From positions 1-50,545 of the forward strand of contig SLMS01000111.1 of NCBI GenBank assembly GCA_007133495.1: a stretch of DNA of 50,545 bases, given 5' to 3'. The notes under the pieces are model-generated. The model ran no database searches. It was not told the origin of the DNA and saw only the letters and a list, made by a program, of their open reading frames with translations. Numbering within the stretch: position 1 is the stretch's first letter; every line of letters starts with the position of its first letter. The position numbers and the translations under genes were made by a program. This document shows, piece after piece, positions 36,954-46,725 of this stretch. The DNA comes from Candidatus Sumerlaeota bacterium. Lineage in GTDB: Bacteria > Sumerlaeota > Sumerlaeia > SLMS01.

Positions 36954-37001
36954 ACCCGGCCGAGGTCAACAGTTCCCAGGCACACGGCTCCCCACCGGCG
37001 T

Positions 37002-37042
37002 GTGCAGCGGGGCGTTGCGGCAGTGCGACGCCCCTGTTGCAC
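37002..37042. other. Imperfect GC-rich hairpin in the rrf2-cydA spacer
   Basis: GTGCAGCGGGGCGTTGC (37002-37018) can pair with GCGACGCCCCTGTTGCAC (37025-37042) using G-U pairs and one bulge. Confidence 0.4.
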
Positions 37043-37089
37043 GGAGGAGACTGGCGTCTCCCCATCCATGATGCTCCGGAGGTAGCCCG

Positions 37090-38595
37090 GTGTTCGAGTG
37101 GCTGACAGATGTCGTAATGCTCTCGCGCATTCAGTTCGCGCTGACCATTATGTTCCACTATCTGTTTCCGCCGCTGACCATCGGGCTGGGTGCGCTTCTG
37201 GTCATCATGGAGGGGATGTACCTCAAGACGGGGAACCCCGTGTACGAGCAGATGACGAAGTTCTGGGTGAAGATTTTCGCCCTGACCTTCGGCCTCGGGG
37301 TGGCCTCGGGCATTGTGATGGAGTTCCAGTTCGGGACGAACTGGGCGACGTACTCGCGGTTTGTGGGGGACGTGTTCGGGTCGGCCCTTGCAGCGGAGGG
37401 CATTTTCGCCTTTTTCCTGGAGTCCGGTTTTCTGGCGATTCTCGTCTTTGGCTGGAACAAGGTCGGCCCGAAGATGCACTTCTTCTCCACCATCATGGTG
37501 TTCCTCGGGTCAATTTTCTCGGCGGTCTGGATCGTTGTGGCAAACAGTTGGATGCAGACGCCAGCGGGCTTCCATATAATGGGGTACGATGAGGCGGGGA
37601 ACTCTTTCCCGCTGGAGATGCCCTTCGTCTATGATCCGGGAGCACTGGACGGCGTGATGCCACGGGCGGAAATCACCTCGTTCTGGGAGATGGTGCTGAA
37701 TCCATCGAGCGTGGTGAGGATCCTGCATACGGTGGTCGGTTGCTTTGTCCTGGCGTCGTTCGTGGTGATGAGCGTGTGCGGTTACTATATCGTGAAGGGG
37801 CGGCACCTGGAGATGTCAAAGCGCTGCTTTGCCATCGCGCTGGCGTTCGGTGCGTTCTGGTCGGTGGTGCAGCCGTTTCTCGGGCATCTTTCGGCAGAAA
37901 TCGTGGCGGAGCACCAGCCGGCAAAGCTGGCGGCCTTCGAAGGACTCTATCAAACGGAGGAGTATTCGCCGCTCTACTTGTTCGGGATTCCGAATACGGC
38001 CGAGGAGAGGGTGGATTTTGGGGTCAAGATACCGGGCATGCTGAGCTTCCTGGTTCATGGCAGCTTCCAGGAGCCCGTGGCGGGGCTGGACCAGTTTCCC
38101 CAAGAGGACTGGCCGCCTGTTTTCATCAGCTTTACCTCCTACCATATCATGGTGGGGCTGGGGATGTATTTCATAGGGATAACGTTGCTCGCGCTGTATT
38201 TGCTGTGGCGGGGGACGCTTTTCGAGACGAAATGGCTGTTGTGGGTGTTCGTGTTTTCGGTGTTGCTCCCCTACCTCGCCAACCACACGGGCTGGATCGC
38301 GGCGGAGGTGGGGCGCCAGCCGTGGCTCGTTTACGGGATTCTGCGTACGGAGCATGGTTTTTCGAAAGCGGTGGGACCGGAAGCGGTGCTGGGCTCCCTG
38401 GTCCTGTTCATGCTGATCTACGCCCTGCTCTTCTTCATGTATGTTTATCTTCTGGACCGCAAAATCCGGAGCGGTCCGGAGGATTTCGTACATACACCCG
38501 TGAGCAAGACGCCCAAGGGGCCGGAGGACGTGGTGGAAGCCGCAACGCGGCGCGGACCCGGCCGCGGGCATCTTGCCGGAGACAAGGAGGAGTGA
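37090..38595 (+). CDS. cydA: Cytochrome bd ubiquinol oxidase subunit I (short Q-loop)
   Basis: [71 protein letters not shown] start after GGAGG. Confidence 0.96.
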   Translation: MFEWLTDVVMLSRIQFALTIMFHYLFPPLTIGLGALLVIMEGMYLKTGNPVYEQMTKFWVKIFALTFGLGVASGIVMEFQFGTNWATYSRFVGDVFGSALAAEGIFAFFLESGFLAILVFGWNKVGPKMHFFSTIMVFLGSIFSAVWIVVANSWMQTPAGFHIMGYDEAGNSFPLEMPFVYDPGALDGVMPRAEITSFWEMVLNPSSVVRILHTVVGCFVLASFVVMSVCGYYIVKGRHLEMSKRCFAIALAFGAFWSVVQPFLGHLSAEIVAEHQPAKLAAFEGLYQTEEYSPLYLFGIPNTAEERVDFGVKIPGMLSFLVHGSFQEPVAGLDQFPQEDWPPVFISFTSYHIMVGLGMYFIGITLLALYLLWRGTLFETKWLLWVFVFSVLLPYLANHTGWIAAEVGRQPWLVYGILRTEHGFSKAVGPEAVLGSLVLFMLIYALLFFMYVYLLDRKIRSGPEDFVHTPVSKTPKGPEDVVEAATRRGPGRGHLAGDKEE

Positions 38596-38599
38596 TGGC

Positions 38600-39616
38600 A
38601 TGGACCTGAACACCATCTGGTTCCTCCTGCTCGGTTTTCTGATCATGGGTTACGCGGTCCTGGACGGGTTTGATCTCGGCGTGGGGGCGTTGCACCTGTT
38701 GACGAAGGGGGACGAGGAGCGCCGGCTCTCGATGAACTCGATCGGACCAGTCTGGGACGGCAACGAGGTGTGGCTGGTGACGGCGGGGGGAGCGCTTTTC
38801 GCCGCTTTCCCGCACGCCTACGCCACCGCATTCAGTGGGTTTTATCTCGCGTTCATGCTGCTTTTGTTCGCGCTGATCTTCCGGGCCGTGGCGCTTGAGG
38901 TGCGCAGCAAGGAAGAAATGCCGTGGTGGCGGAGCATCTGGGACGTCTCGTTTTCCATCTCCAGCATTCTCGCGACAATTTTGTTCGGCGTGGCGGTGGG
39001 GAACCTTGTGGTCGGGTTGCCCATCGGGGCGGACATGGAGTTCCAGGGCACGTTCTTTGACCTGCTTTCACCTTACGCGGTGCTCGTCGGCATCTTCACC
39101 CTGGCGCTGTTCATGATGCACGGTTCCATTTACCTGTACCTGAAGACAGAGGGGGACCTGCAGGCGAAGGTGAAGGAGTGGATTCCGCGGACGCTTTCAT
39201 TCTTCGTCATCATGTACATCCTGACGACGATCTTCACGCTCACGGTGTATCCGGAGATGACGGACAACTTCGAGCGGTTCTGGTGGGTGTGGGGTGTGGT
39301 GGTCCTGAAGGTGCTTGCCATCGCGAATATCCCGCGGGCCCTTTATCTTGGGCTGCCCTTCCGGGCGTTCGTATCGAGTTGCTGCGTGATTGCGGCGCTG
39401 CTGCTTGTCTTCGGGATCGGCGTTTACCCGAACATGATCGTCTCGTCGCTCGACCCCGCGTACAACCTGACGCTCTACAATGCGTCGTCCTCGCAGAAGA
39501 CCCTGACAATCATGTTCATCATCGCGCTGATAGGCATGCCGTTCGTCCTGGCGTACACGGCTTCGATCTACTGGATCTTCCGGGGTAAGGTGAAACTGGA
39601 CAAGTTCAGCTACTGA
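38600..39616 (+). CDS. cydB: Cytochrome bd ubiquinol oxidase subunit II
   Basis: GYAVLDGFDLGVG, SIGPVWDGNEVWL, LT.YNASSS..TL. Start at ATG 38600 after AAGGAGG. Confidence 0.96.
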   Translation: MDLNTIWFLLLGFLIMGYAVLDGFDLGVGALHLLTKGDEERRLSMNSIGPVWDGNEVWLVTAGGALFAAFPHAYATAFSGFYLAFMLLLFALIFRAVALEVRSKEEMPWWRSIWDVSFSISSILATILFGVAVGNLVVGLPIGADMEFQGTFFDLLSPYAVLVGIFTLALFMMHGSIYLYLKTEGDLQAKVKEWIPRTLSFFVIMYILTTIFTLTVYPEMTDNFERFWWVWGVVVLKVLAIANIPRALYLGLPFRAFVSSCCVIAALLLVFGIGVYPNMIVSSLDPAYNLTLYNASSSQKTLTIMFIIALIGMPFVLAYTASIYWIFRGKVKLDKFSY

Positions 39617-39867
39617 GGTGTGGCCGGCGTGGCGCTACGTTCCAAGCAAAAAGCCGGCGGTGTTTTATCGAAAAGTTGACTTGTGGGCCACCTGTGTCCG
39701 GATACGGCCTTGCCCCGGTCCCGGCGCATGGCCAGAAGAATGCGTTCGGAGCGGGCGGTATTGGCGCCCTCCCGGTGCGCTTCGCGGGGCTGCGTCGGCG
39801 CGCCACCCGGCTTTCCCCACGGCTCATGAAAGACAGGCAGGCCCAACATCCCTGATGGAGGATTTCG

Positions 39868-41307
39868 ATGTCTGAACAAGCTGGTTCCGCGGGCACAGGC
39901 GGAGCGATGCCACTGTGGCGGGCGATCAGTCTGATCGTGGCCGCGATTGCCTTTCACATCCCGTGGATTTTCACGTTCCCGGACCTGTCTGCCGAAGGGC
40001 ACCGGGTGTTCTCTGTGTTCCTTCTCGCGGTCGTGCTGTGGATAACCGAGGCGATTCCGCTTCACGCGACAGCGGTGCTGATCATCTTCCTCCTGATCCT
40101 GTTTATCAGTGACAGAGCAATAATCCCGCTGCCGGAAGAGTTCGCTCCGGACGCGGTGTCCTTCGGGCAGTATTTTGCAACGTTGGCTGACCCGATCCTG
40201 ATGCTGTTCCTGGGCGGGTTCGTCCTGGCGAATTGCGCCTCGAAATACAGTTTGGACAAGAACCTTGCTCGTGTGGTGCTGACGCCGTTCGGTAGTTCTC
40301 CGCTGTGGATCATTTTCGGGCTGATGCTGGTGACGGCGGTTTTCTCGATGTTCATGAGCAACACAGCCACGGCAGCCACGATGATGGCAGTGGTGCTTCC
40401 GATTATCCGTGCGCTGCCGCCCGGAGACCGGCTCGGAGCGGGGATTGCGCTCTCGATTCCGTTTGCGGCGAACCTCGGGGGTATCGGCACACCGATCGGG
40501 ACGCCACCGAACGCCATCGCCGTGAGTGCGCTCACGGAGCAGGGCTTCCCCATCGGCTTCTTCGAGTGGATGGTGATGATGATCCCCTTCGTGATTATCA
40601 TCATGGTGCTGGCCTGGCTTTTCATCGCGTGGTTCTTCAAGTCTGAGACGAAGTCCATCACGCTCAATATAGAATCCAGCTTCATCAAGACGCCCGCTGC
40701 GATAGTTTTCTATATCACTTTTGCCACGACTGTGCTTCTCTGGATGACCGAAGCACTCCACGGAATGAGTTCGAGCATGGTCGGGTTCCTGCCCGTGGTG
40801 GTCCTGGTTGCGACCGGTGTTTTCACGACAAAGGACCTTCAGACGATCCAGTGGCACGTGCTCTGGCTGATGGCCGGTGGTATTGCCCTCGGGGCAGGAG
40901 TACGACACTCGGGGCTGGACACCTGGCTGATCGGCCTCGTGGACTGGGAAAACATCAGCACGCTGCTGCTGGTGGGTCTGCTTGCGCTTATTGCAATCCT
41001 GATGAGCACGTTCATTTCGAACACGGCGACGGCCAACCTGATTGTGCCCCTTGGGCTGACACTCGCCGCCTCCAGCGGCGTCGCGATCACACCGGTGGAA
41101 GCGGGCGTGTTCATCGCGGTTGGCTGTTCGCTGGCGATGGCGCTGCCGGTCAGTACGCCGCCGAACGCGATTGCGTATAGTTCGGGGGTGATATCGACCC
41201 GCAACATGATGATCACGGGCAGCCTGATCGGCGTCGCCGGGTGGGTTATCTTCATCCAACTGGCACCGCATGTGTGGGAACTGCTGGGCCTTATGCCTGA
41301 ACCATGA
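39868..41307 (+). CDS. DASS/SLC13 sodium-coupled anion symporter
   Basis: LWITEAIP, SMFMSNTAT, ANLGGIGTPIGTPPN, STFISNTAT, LPVSTPPNAI. Confidence 0.92.
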   Translation: MSEQAGSAGTGGAMPLWRAISLIVAAIAFHIPWIFTFPDLSAEGHRVFSVFLLAVVLWITEAIPLHATAVLIIFLLILFISDRAIIPLPEEFAPDAVSFGQYFATLADPILMLFLGGFVLANCASKYSLDKNLARVVLTPFGSSPLWIIFGLMLVTAVFSMFMSNTATAATMMAVVLPIIRALPPGDRLGAGIALSIPFAANLGGIGTPIGTPPNAIAVSALTEQGFPIGFFEWMVMMIPFVIIIMVLAWLFIAWFFKSETKSITLNIESSFIKTPAAIVFYITFATTVLLWMTEALHGMSSSMVGFLPVVVLVATGVFTTKDLQTIQWHVLWLMAGGIALGAGVRHSGLDTWLIGLVDWENISTLLLVGLLALIAILMSTFISNTATANLIVPLGLTLAASSGVAITPVEAGVFIAVGCSLAMALPVSTPPNAIAYSSGVISTRNMMITGSLIGVAGWVIFIQLAPHVWELLGLMPEP

Positions 41308-43379
41308 GCGAAGCGCCGACCTTCGGAAAGCAATGCGTTCTGTTGCTCTGCACGGCCGAGCCGGAGCAGGTCCGGCAAGCCATGAGCGAGCGTCTCAGCG
41401 AGGCGGGCGGACCATTGCTTTCCGTGGAGACGGTGACCGGGGCGGAGGAACTCCGCGAGACCCTTCAGGTTCTCGAAGAGCGCTCGGTACCGATCCCGCT
41501 CATCGTCATGGACGACGCGTTGGAAGGTGGGCGCGGTGACGACATTCTTCTCGAAATTCACGAGAATCCCCGCTACCGCGCCACCCGAAAGTTGCTTCTA
41601 TCGAGGCATTCCTCGCTCGAGGATCTCACGCGGCTGCTCAACCGGGGTGCGTTGAACACCCGGCTCAAGAAGCCGGCAGAGAACGAGGAACTGGCGGAGG
41701 CAGTCCGAAAACTGGTCACGGACTACTTTCTTGAACAGGCACCGGGAGAGGTCGAGCATCTTTCCGAGTATTTCGATCCGCGGCAGCTTTCCCATGCGCT
41801 GGTGGCTTCCGAGAGGCTCCGGCGGGACCTGGCGGCGCAACTGCGCACCCTCAAGCGGAGCTTCCTCTCCGTCACGGACCTGAGCGACGAGTGCCTCGAA
41901 GAAGAGATGATCCGCGAGATAGACAGGGTGCTGGACCGGCCGCCCCGGGAGACCACTCCCGCAGGGACCGTGATGTTCCGCGAAGGCGAGCCGGTGGACA
42001 AAATATGGATTATTATAGAGGGCAAGGTCCGGCTGAGCCGCATGGCGCAGGACAAGGAAGTGGTCATGCACATGGAGAGCGCGGGGAAGATCGTCGGCCT
42101 CCTTGCACTGGCGCAGAGGCAGACGGCCTTCTATACGTGCCGCACGGCAACGGAGCTCACCGCGCTGCCGATCACGCTCGAGCAGCTCGATCTTGCGTTG
42201 CAGGCTAGTGCTGACCTTTCCGTCTATTTCGATACGGTGCTGATCCGGACGCTCGCAACGCGGGTGCGGCGGTCTGCGGAACTGCAGGTCGAGGTGGAGA
42301 ACCTCAACACCGCGCTTTCGAAGGAGCGGGACCAGCTCGCCGAGACGCTGGACCTTCTGCAACGAACGCAGTCGCGCCTGCTCGAAACGGAGAAGATGGC
42401 GACGCTCGGCCTGCTTTCGGCGGGTATTGCGCACGAACTCAACAATCCGATTTCCGCGATTCTCCGCTCAGCCGAATATTTCGCTGAGGACCTGGAGGCA
42501 ATCCACCGACTGGTTGAAGGTGGCGAGCAACTCACCGAGCGGCTCCGCGCGGCGCGCCAGCTCAAGGCGCTCCCCACGCGCGAGGAACGCCGGTTCCGCG
42601 AGCGCCTGGGCAAAGAACTGAATGACATGGCGCTCGCCCGCCGGCTTGTCGGCATCGGTGTCTATAAGCGGGAGGAATACGAGGCCCTGTTCAGGGGGCT
42701 GCCGGCCGGGGCACGGGAGGAGCGGCTCAAGTTACTCGAGCGGGTGCATAAACTCGGCACCGGCCTGCGGAACATTCACTCGGCTGCCGAACGGGTGACG
42801 AATATCGTCAAGAGCCTCCGCTCCTACGCGCGGCCGGACGAATTTTCCCCAGCGTTCGAGGAGATACACGAGGGACTGGAGGACACGCTGCTGCTGTTCG
42901 GGCCCGGACTCAAGAACGTTCGTGTGGAACGGCGCTACGGTAAGCTGCCGAAAGTGGAGTGCCTTGCAGCGCAGTTGAATCAGGTCTGGACGAACCTTAT
43001 CTCCAATTCACTGGAGGCGATGGGAGGCAAGGGAACGCTCACGATCGAGACGGAGGCCGCGTCGGATGGGCAGCACGTCCATGTCCGCATCATCGACAGC
43101 GGGCCGGGCATTCCCAAGGAAGTACAAGAACGGATATTCGGGCTGCATTTCACGACGAAACAAGGGCGGGTGCAGTTCGGCCTTGGAATGGGGCTTTCGA
43201 TCTGTCAGCGGATTGTAAATCGTCACGGCGGGAGTATAGAGCTTGACTCCCGGCCGGGAAGGACTTGTTTCACCGTAACGCTCCCTGTCCGTTACCCCGG
43301 GGAGAGCAGGAAAAAGTTGCAGAGACCGGGCACCCCCGCGCAGGACCAACAGGAATCCAAACACGGAGAGGCTTCATGA
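41304..43379 (+). CDS. Soluble histidine kinase: receiver-like, cNMP-binding, HisKA and HATPase_c domains
   Basis: LIVMDD..G..GDDIL (receiver-like), MFREGEPVDKIWIIIEGKV (cNMP), EKMATLG.LSAGIAHELNNP, LNQVWTNL, DSGPGI, FTTK..GLGMGLSI. No TM segment. ATGA overlap with the DASS gene. Confidence 0.9.
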   Translation: MSEAPTFGKQCVLLLCTAEPEQVRQAMSERLSEAGGPLLSVETVTGAEELRETLQVLEERSVPIPLIVMDDALEGGRGDDILLEIHENPRYRATRKLLLSRHSSLEDLTRLLNRGALNTRLKKPAENEELAEAVRKLVTDYFLEQAPGEVEHLSEYFDPRQLSHALVASERLRRDLAAQLRTLKRSFLSVTDLSDECLEEEMIREIDRVLDRPPRETTPAGTVMFREGEPVDKIWIIIEGKVRLSRMAQDKEVVMHMESAGKIVGLLALAQRQTAFYTCRTATELTALPITLEQLDLALQASADLSVYFDTVLIRTLATRVRRSAELQVEVENLNTALSKERDQLAETLDLLQRTQSRLLETEKMATLGLLSAGIAHELNNPISAILRSAEYFAEDLEAIHRLVEGGEQLTERLRAARQLKALPTREERRFRERLGKELNDMALARRLVGIGVYKREEYEALFRGLPAGAREERLKLLERVHKLGTGLRNIHSAAERVTNIVKSLRSYARPDEFSPAFEEIHEGLEDTLLLFGPGLKNVRVERRYGKLPKVECLAAQLNQVWTNLISNSLEAMGGKGTLTIETEAASDGQHVHVRIIDSGPGIPKEVQERIFGLHFTTKQGRVQFGLGMGLSICQRIVNRHGGSIELDSRPGRTCFTVTLPVRYPGESRKKLQRPGTPAQDQQESKHGEAS

Positions 43380-43870
43380 GTCAGCAGATTCTCGTTCTTT
43401 GCGTCGAAGATGAACAGGAGGTGCGGGACGCGATTGTGCGCGACCTCGAACCTTTCAGTGGGTATTTTCAGGTGGAGGCGGCCGAGGACGCCACCGCCGC
43501 ACAGGAGGTCCTGGGGGAGACGCTCTCCAAGGGCGGCCTGCTCGGCCTGGCGCTGTGCGATCACCTGCTGCCCGGGGAGACCGGAGTGGATTTCCTGGTG
43601 GAGCTGAACAAGGACTCGCGCACTGCGGCCGCCCGCAAGGTCCTGATCACCGGACAGGCGAGGCTGGAGGATACAATCAGGGCGGTGAACGAAGCCGGGC
43701 TGGACAACTACATCGCCAAGCCGTGGAAGCGCGAGGAGCTGCAGGAAATCGTGAAGAAGCAGCTCACGGAGTTCGTGCTGGCGAACGTGGAGGATCTGCT
43801 TCCCTACGTGAACGTGCTGGACGGGGTACGGCTGCTGGAGGAGGTCCGCAACCGCAAGAGCGACACGTGA
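43376..43870 (+). CDS. Stand-alone response regulator (receiver only)
   Basis: LCVEDE, ALCDHLLPGETG, LITGQA, YIAKPW. Start moved to ATG 43376 (ATGA overlap). Confidence 0.9.
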   Translation: MSQQILVLCVEDEQEVRDAIVRDLEPFSGYFQVEAAEDATAAQEVLGETLSKGGLLGLALCDHLLPGETGVDFLVELNKDSRTAAARKVLITGQARLEDTIRAVNEAGLDNYIAKPWKREELQEIVKKQLTEFVLANVEDLLPYVNVLDGVRLLEEVRNRKSDT

Positions 43871-43883
43871 GGCCGGGGCGGGA

Positions 43884-44276
43884 CTACTCGTCCTCGGCAG
43901 TGAAGCCCGGAGGCAGCGGGAAGATGATATGTGGGTGACGGGCACTCTCGTTGCCGATGGAGCATAGTGGCAGTTCGTCGAGCGTGCCGATGTCGTATTC
44001 TCCCCCACCGGGGCATTCGGGCAGGTGGCGCAGGTAAAGCTCCACTCCGACCAGGTCGTCCCAATCAACCTGTGCACCCGAGGACTCATTCATCTCGATG
44101 GCCCACTGCTGCTTTGCTTCCCAGATATAGGTGAGGTTGGCCTGGCATGACCTTGCCCGGGCGGCACTTCTCGCGGCCAGGAATGCGGGGATGGCGACGG
44201 CGAGCAAAAAGCCGATAACCATCACCACGATCATCAGCTCGGTGGCTGTGAATCCCTTCCGCTGCAAATTCCGCAT
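43884..44276 (-). CDS. Type IV pilin/T2SS pseudopilin-like protein
   Basis: Class III signal MRNLQRKG|FTATELMIVV..AIPAF with Glu at +5, then C.ANL..I..AK.QWA and CP.GG.Y......P.C. Confidence 0.88.
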   Translation of the reverse strand: MRNLQRKGFTATELMIVVMVIGFLLAVAIPAFLAARSAARARSCQANLTYIWEAKQQWAIEMNESSGAQVDWDDLVGVELYLRHLPECPGGGEYDIGTLDELPLCSIGNESARHPHIIFPLPPGFTAEDE

Positions 44277-44350
44277 GTGGCTGAACCCGGACAAGTTGGT
44301 CTCGTGCCTGTCAGGGAGAGCAGTACCGGGGCCAATCACCCTGTTTGGAG

Positions 44351-44561
44351 GAGTATTTCCCCTAAACAGGGTGGATTCCCTGCAAGTGCAGTGTTTTCAG
44401 TACAGGAGACCTGCTAGGGGTTTCCCCGTAGAAGCGCCTCGGGTGGCAATTCAGGGAGGTTCGGGAGCGTGTAGGGGCTTTCCCGATGGGTAAGCGGCTT
44501 CACAGGGTATGTCCCCTTGCTTTCCCAGTATTTTCACCCTGGAAACCGGGTCTTTCACGGG
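44351..44561. promoter_or_regulatory. Cluster of about 6-7 imperfect palindromic YAGGG-N-CCC boxes upstream of the pilin gene
   Basis: GAGTATTTCCCCTA 44351, CAGGGTGGATTCCCTG 44367, TAGGGGTTTCCCCG 44415, TAGGGGCTTTCCCG 44472, CAGGGTATGTCCCCT 44503, CAGTATTTTCACCCTG 44526, CCGGGTCTTTCACGGG 44546. Confidence 0.5.
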
Positions 44562-45522
44562 CGCTTGCCCGCGCGAGCCGGTCCAGCACGGCCAGCCATG
44601 CTTCCTCTCGCGGGGGGCGCTCGACGAGGATGCGCGCGGCGCCGCTTTGCTCGGCCAGCAGAAGGCTTTCGTACAGACGGCTGGCGTATTCGCGGGGCTC
44701 GCGGGGCAGAGTGATCCGGCGGGGTTCGGAATGGGCGGTATCTCCAAACTGGATGATGAAATCGGCCTCGCGGGGTTGCTCGGGCGCGCTGGCGACCAGG
44801 ACCAAGGGTACTCTGGGAGCGTAATGCCGGGGCAACATTCCGGGCGATCGGAGGGCTCCTCCGGCCGCTTCGCCGAGCAGGCGCACCCGCTCACCGAGTG
44901 CGGCGGAGAGTTCCTCGCGCGAGACGGCACCGGGCCGGAGGATGGCGGGGGCGGTGCCGGATAGATCGAGCACGGTCGATTCGATGCCGACTTCGCACGC
45001 CCCGCCGTCAAGAATTGCCGCGACCCCTGCACCAAGGAGTTCGGCGACGGCGCCCGCAGTGGTTGGCGAAAGGCGGTTGCTGCGGTTGGCGCTGGGCGCT
45101 GCGACGGGGAAGCCGCAAAGGCCAAGCAATTCGAGGGCGACGGGGTGGGCCGGTATGCGGACGCCGACGGTTGTCCCTCCGGCGAGGACCTCGGGCGCGA
45201 TTCCCTTCGCAGCGGGGAGGACAAGGGTGAGCGGCCCGGGCCAGAAGCGGTCCGCGAGCATCTGCGCCTGGCGCGGCCAGTTCCGGCACCAGCGGCGCGC
45301 CGCTTCCACGGACGGACCATGCACGATGAGCGGATTGCCGGCGGGGCGGCCTTTGAGGCGGAACACCTCGCGGACGGCGGAGGCGCTGGTGGCGTCGGCG
45401 CCGAGTCCGTACACCGTTTCCGTTGGAAAGGCCACGACGCGGCCGGAGCGCAGGAGTTCTGCGGCACGGCGCACGTCCGCGGGCTGGCCACCGTCGAGGA
45501 CGGTGGCACCGTGCTGGCTCAT
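44500..45522 (-). CDS. tsaC: L-threonylcarbamoyladenylate synthase (two-domain Sua5 type)
   Basis: VAFPTETVYGLGADA, KGRP.GNPLIVH, FWPGPLT, AAPSAN.S..SPTT, GIESTVLD, SPGML.RHYAP. Start ATG 45522. Confidence 0.95.
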   Translation of the reverse strand: MSQHGATVLDGGQPADVRRAAELLRSGRVVAFPTETVYGLGADATSASAVREVFRLKGRPAGNPLIVHGPSVEAARRWCRNWPRQAQMLADRFWPGPLTLVLPAAKGIAPEVLAGGTTVGVRIPAHPVALELLGLCGFPVAAPSANRSNRLSPTTAGAVAELLGAGVAAILDGGACEVGIESTVLDLSGTAPAILRPGAVSREELSAALGERVRLLGEAAGGALRSPGMLPRHYAPRVPLVLVASAPEQPREADFIIQFGDTAHSEPRRITLPREPREYASRLYESLLLAEQSGAARILVERPPREEAWLAVLDRLARASARERPGFQGENTGKARGHTL

Positions 45523-45609
45523 GGCTTCCCGCTTGTCATCGGCGTTCAAGTGCGCCACCTTTCGCCCGGCTGATTGCACGGCACCAAGTTTTCCAAGGTT
45601 TTTTCCTCC

Positions 45610-46692
45610 ATGCAGGATCGAATCAAACGGCTTCGCAAAAAGCTGAAGGAGCAGGACCTCGACGCGTTTGCGGTCCTGGACAGGACCAACACGTTCTACT
45701 TCACCGGCTTTCGCTGCACGTACTCCGTACTGGTGGTGGACAGCGGCCGGGCGCGCTTTATTACCGACTCGCGGTACGCGGAGGCAGCGGAAAAAGCACT
45801 GGGCAAGCCGTTTGAAGTGATCGTCCAGCCGGGGCGGGAGGTGGAGACCTTCCTGAAGTCGCTCTTCAAGAAGTCCGGCTACGGGCGCATCGGCTTTGAA
45901 GGTTCGATCACGGTGGACCAGCTTGAGCGCTTGCGGCGCCTTGCCCGCGGCTCGCGGCTGGTCAACGCCGGGGATATTCCGGCGGCGCTACGGAGCGTCA
46001 AGGATGAGGATGAACTGAAGCATATCCGGGGGGCGGTGCGCCTTTCGGAGAAGATGATGGCGCTGGCGCTGGAACAGGCGCGGCCGGGACTGCGCGAGGA
46101 CCTGCTGAGCCGGAAAATCCGCTTTGCGGCGGAGGAGCTGGGCGGCGAGGGAGAGTCTTTTCCGAACATCGTTGCCTCCGGGCCGAACTCCTCCCGCCCA
46201 CATCATCAGCCATCGGCGAGGCGCCTGCGCAAGGGCGAGCCTCTGAAAGTCGATCTCGGCGGTGTCTATAAGGGTTACTGCTCGGACATCACGCGCACGC
46301 CGGTGCTCGGCGGGAGCGCGCCGGCGGGGTTCGAGGAAATATACGAGGTGTGCCTTCAGGCGAACCAGGCGGCGGTGAAGGGGCTGCGGCCGGGCATGAC
46401 GGGCGCCGAGGTGGACGCGATCGCGCGCGAGGTGATCGCGGAGGCGGGCTACGGCGAGTATTTCGGCCATGGGCTCGGCCACGGCGTCGGCCTGGAGATA
46501 CACGAAGCGCCGACGCTGGGCCCGCGTGCCACGAAGCAGAGGCTGGAAGCGGGCAACGTGGTGACGATCGAGCCGGGTATTTATATTCCCGGACGTTACG
46601 GCGTCCGCATTGAGGATTACTGTGTAGTGACGGAGGAAGGGGCGAAGGTGCTTTCGCGCTTTCCGCGAAAATTGCAAGTCATCCCGGTCTAG
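45610..46692 (+). CDS. Xaa-Pro aminopeptidase/dipeptidase (M24B)
   Basis: ITDSRY, VDLGG..GYCSDITRT, FGHGLGHGVGLEIHEAP, TIEPGIY, GVRIED. Start ATG 45610. Confidence 0.94.
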   Translation: MQDRIKRLRKKLKEQDLDAFAVLDRTNTFYFTGFRCTYSVLVVDSGRARFITDSRYAEAAEKALGKPFEVIVQPGREVETFLKSLFKKSGYGRIGFEGSITVDQLERLRRLARGSRLVNAGDIPAALRSVKDEDELKHIRGAVRLSEKMMALALEQARPGLREDLLSRKIRFAAEELGGEGESFPNIVASGPNSSRPHHQPSARRLRKGEPLKVDLGGVYKGYCSDITRTPVLGGSAPAGFEEIYEVCLQANQAAVKGLRPGMTGAEVDAIAREVIAEAGYGEYFGHGLGHGVGLEIHEAPTLGPRATKQRLEAGNVVTIEPGIYIPGRYGVRIEDYCVVTEEGAKVLSRFPRKLQVIPV

Positions 46693-46725
46693 CCGGAGGA
46701 ATCGAGAAAGAGGGAATCAACGATC

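Noticed and set aside
39610-41271. Long antisense or alternative-frame ORFs (also 3561-5168, 10494-11681, 15572-16879, 19049-20695, 23629-25074, 27516-28946, 33959-35338, 44451-45509)
   Set aside because: They overlap well-supported genes, lack motifs and have the composition expected of stop-poor shadow frames in high-GC DNA.
44351-44561. Repeated boxes as a degenerate CRISPR array
   Set aside because: The units are only 14-16 bp, irregularly spaced and in mixed orientation, with no cas genes.
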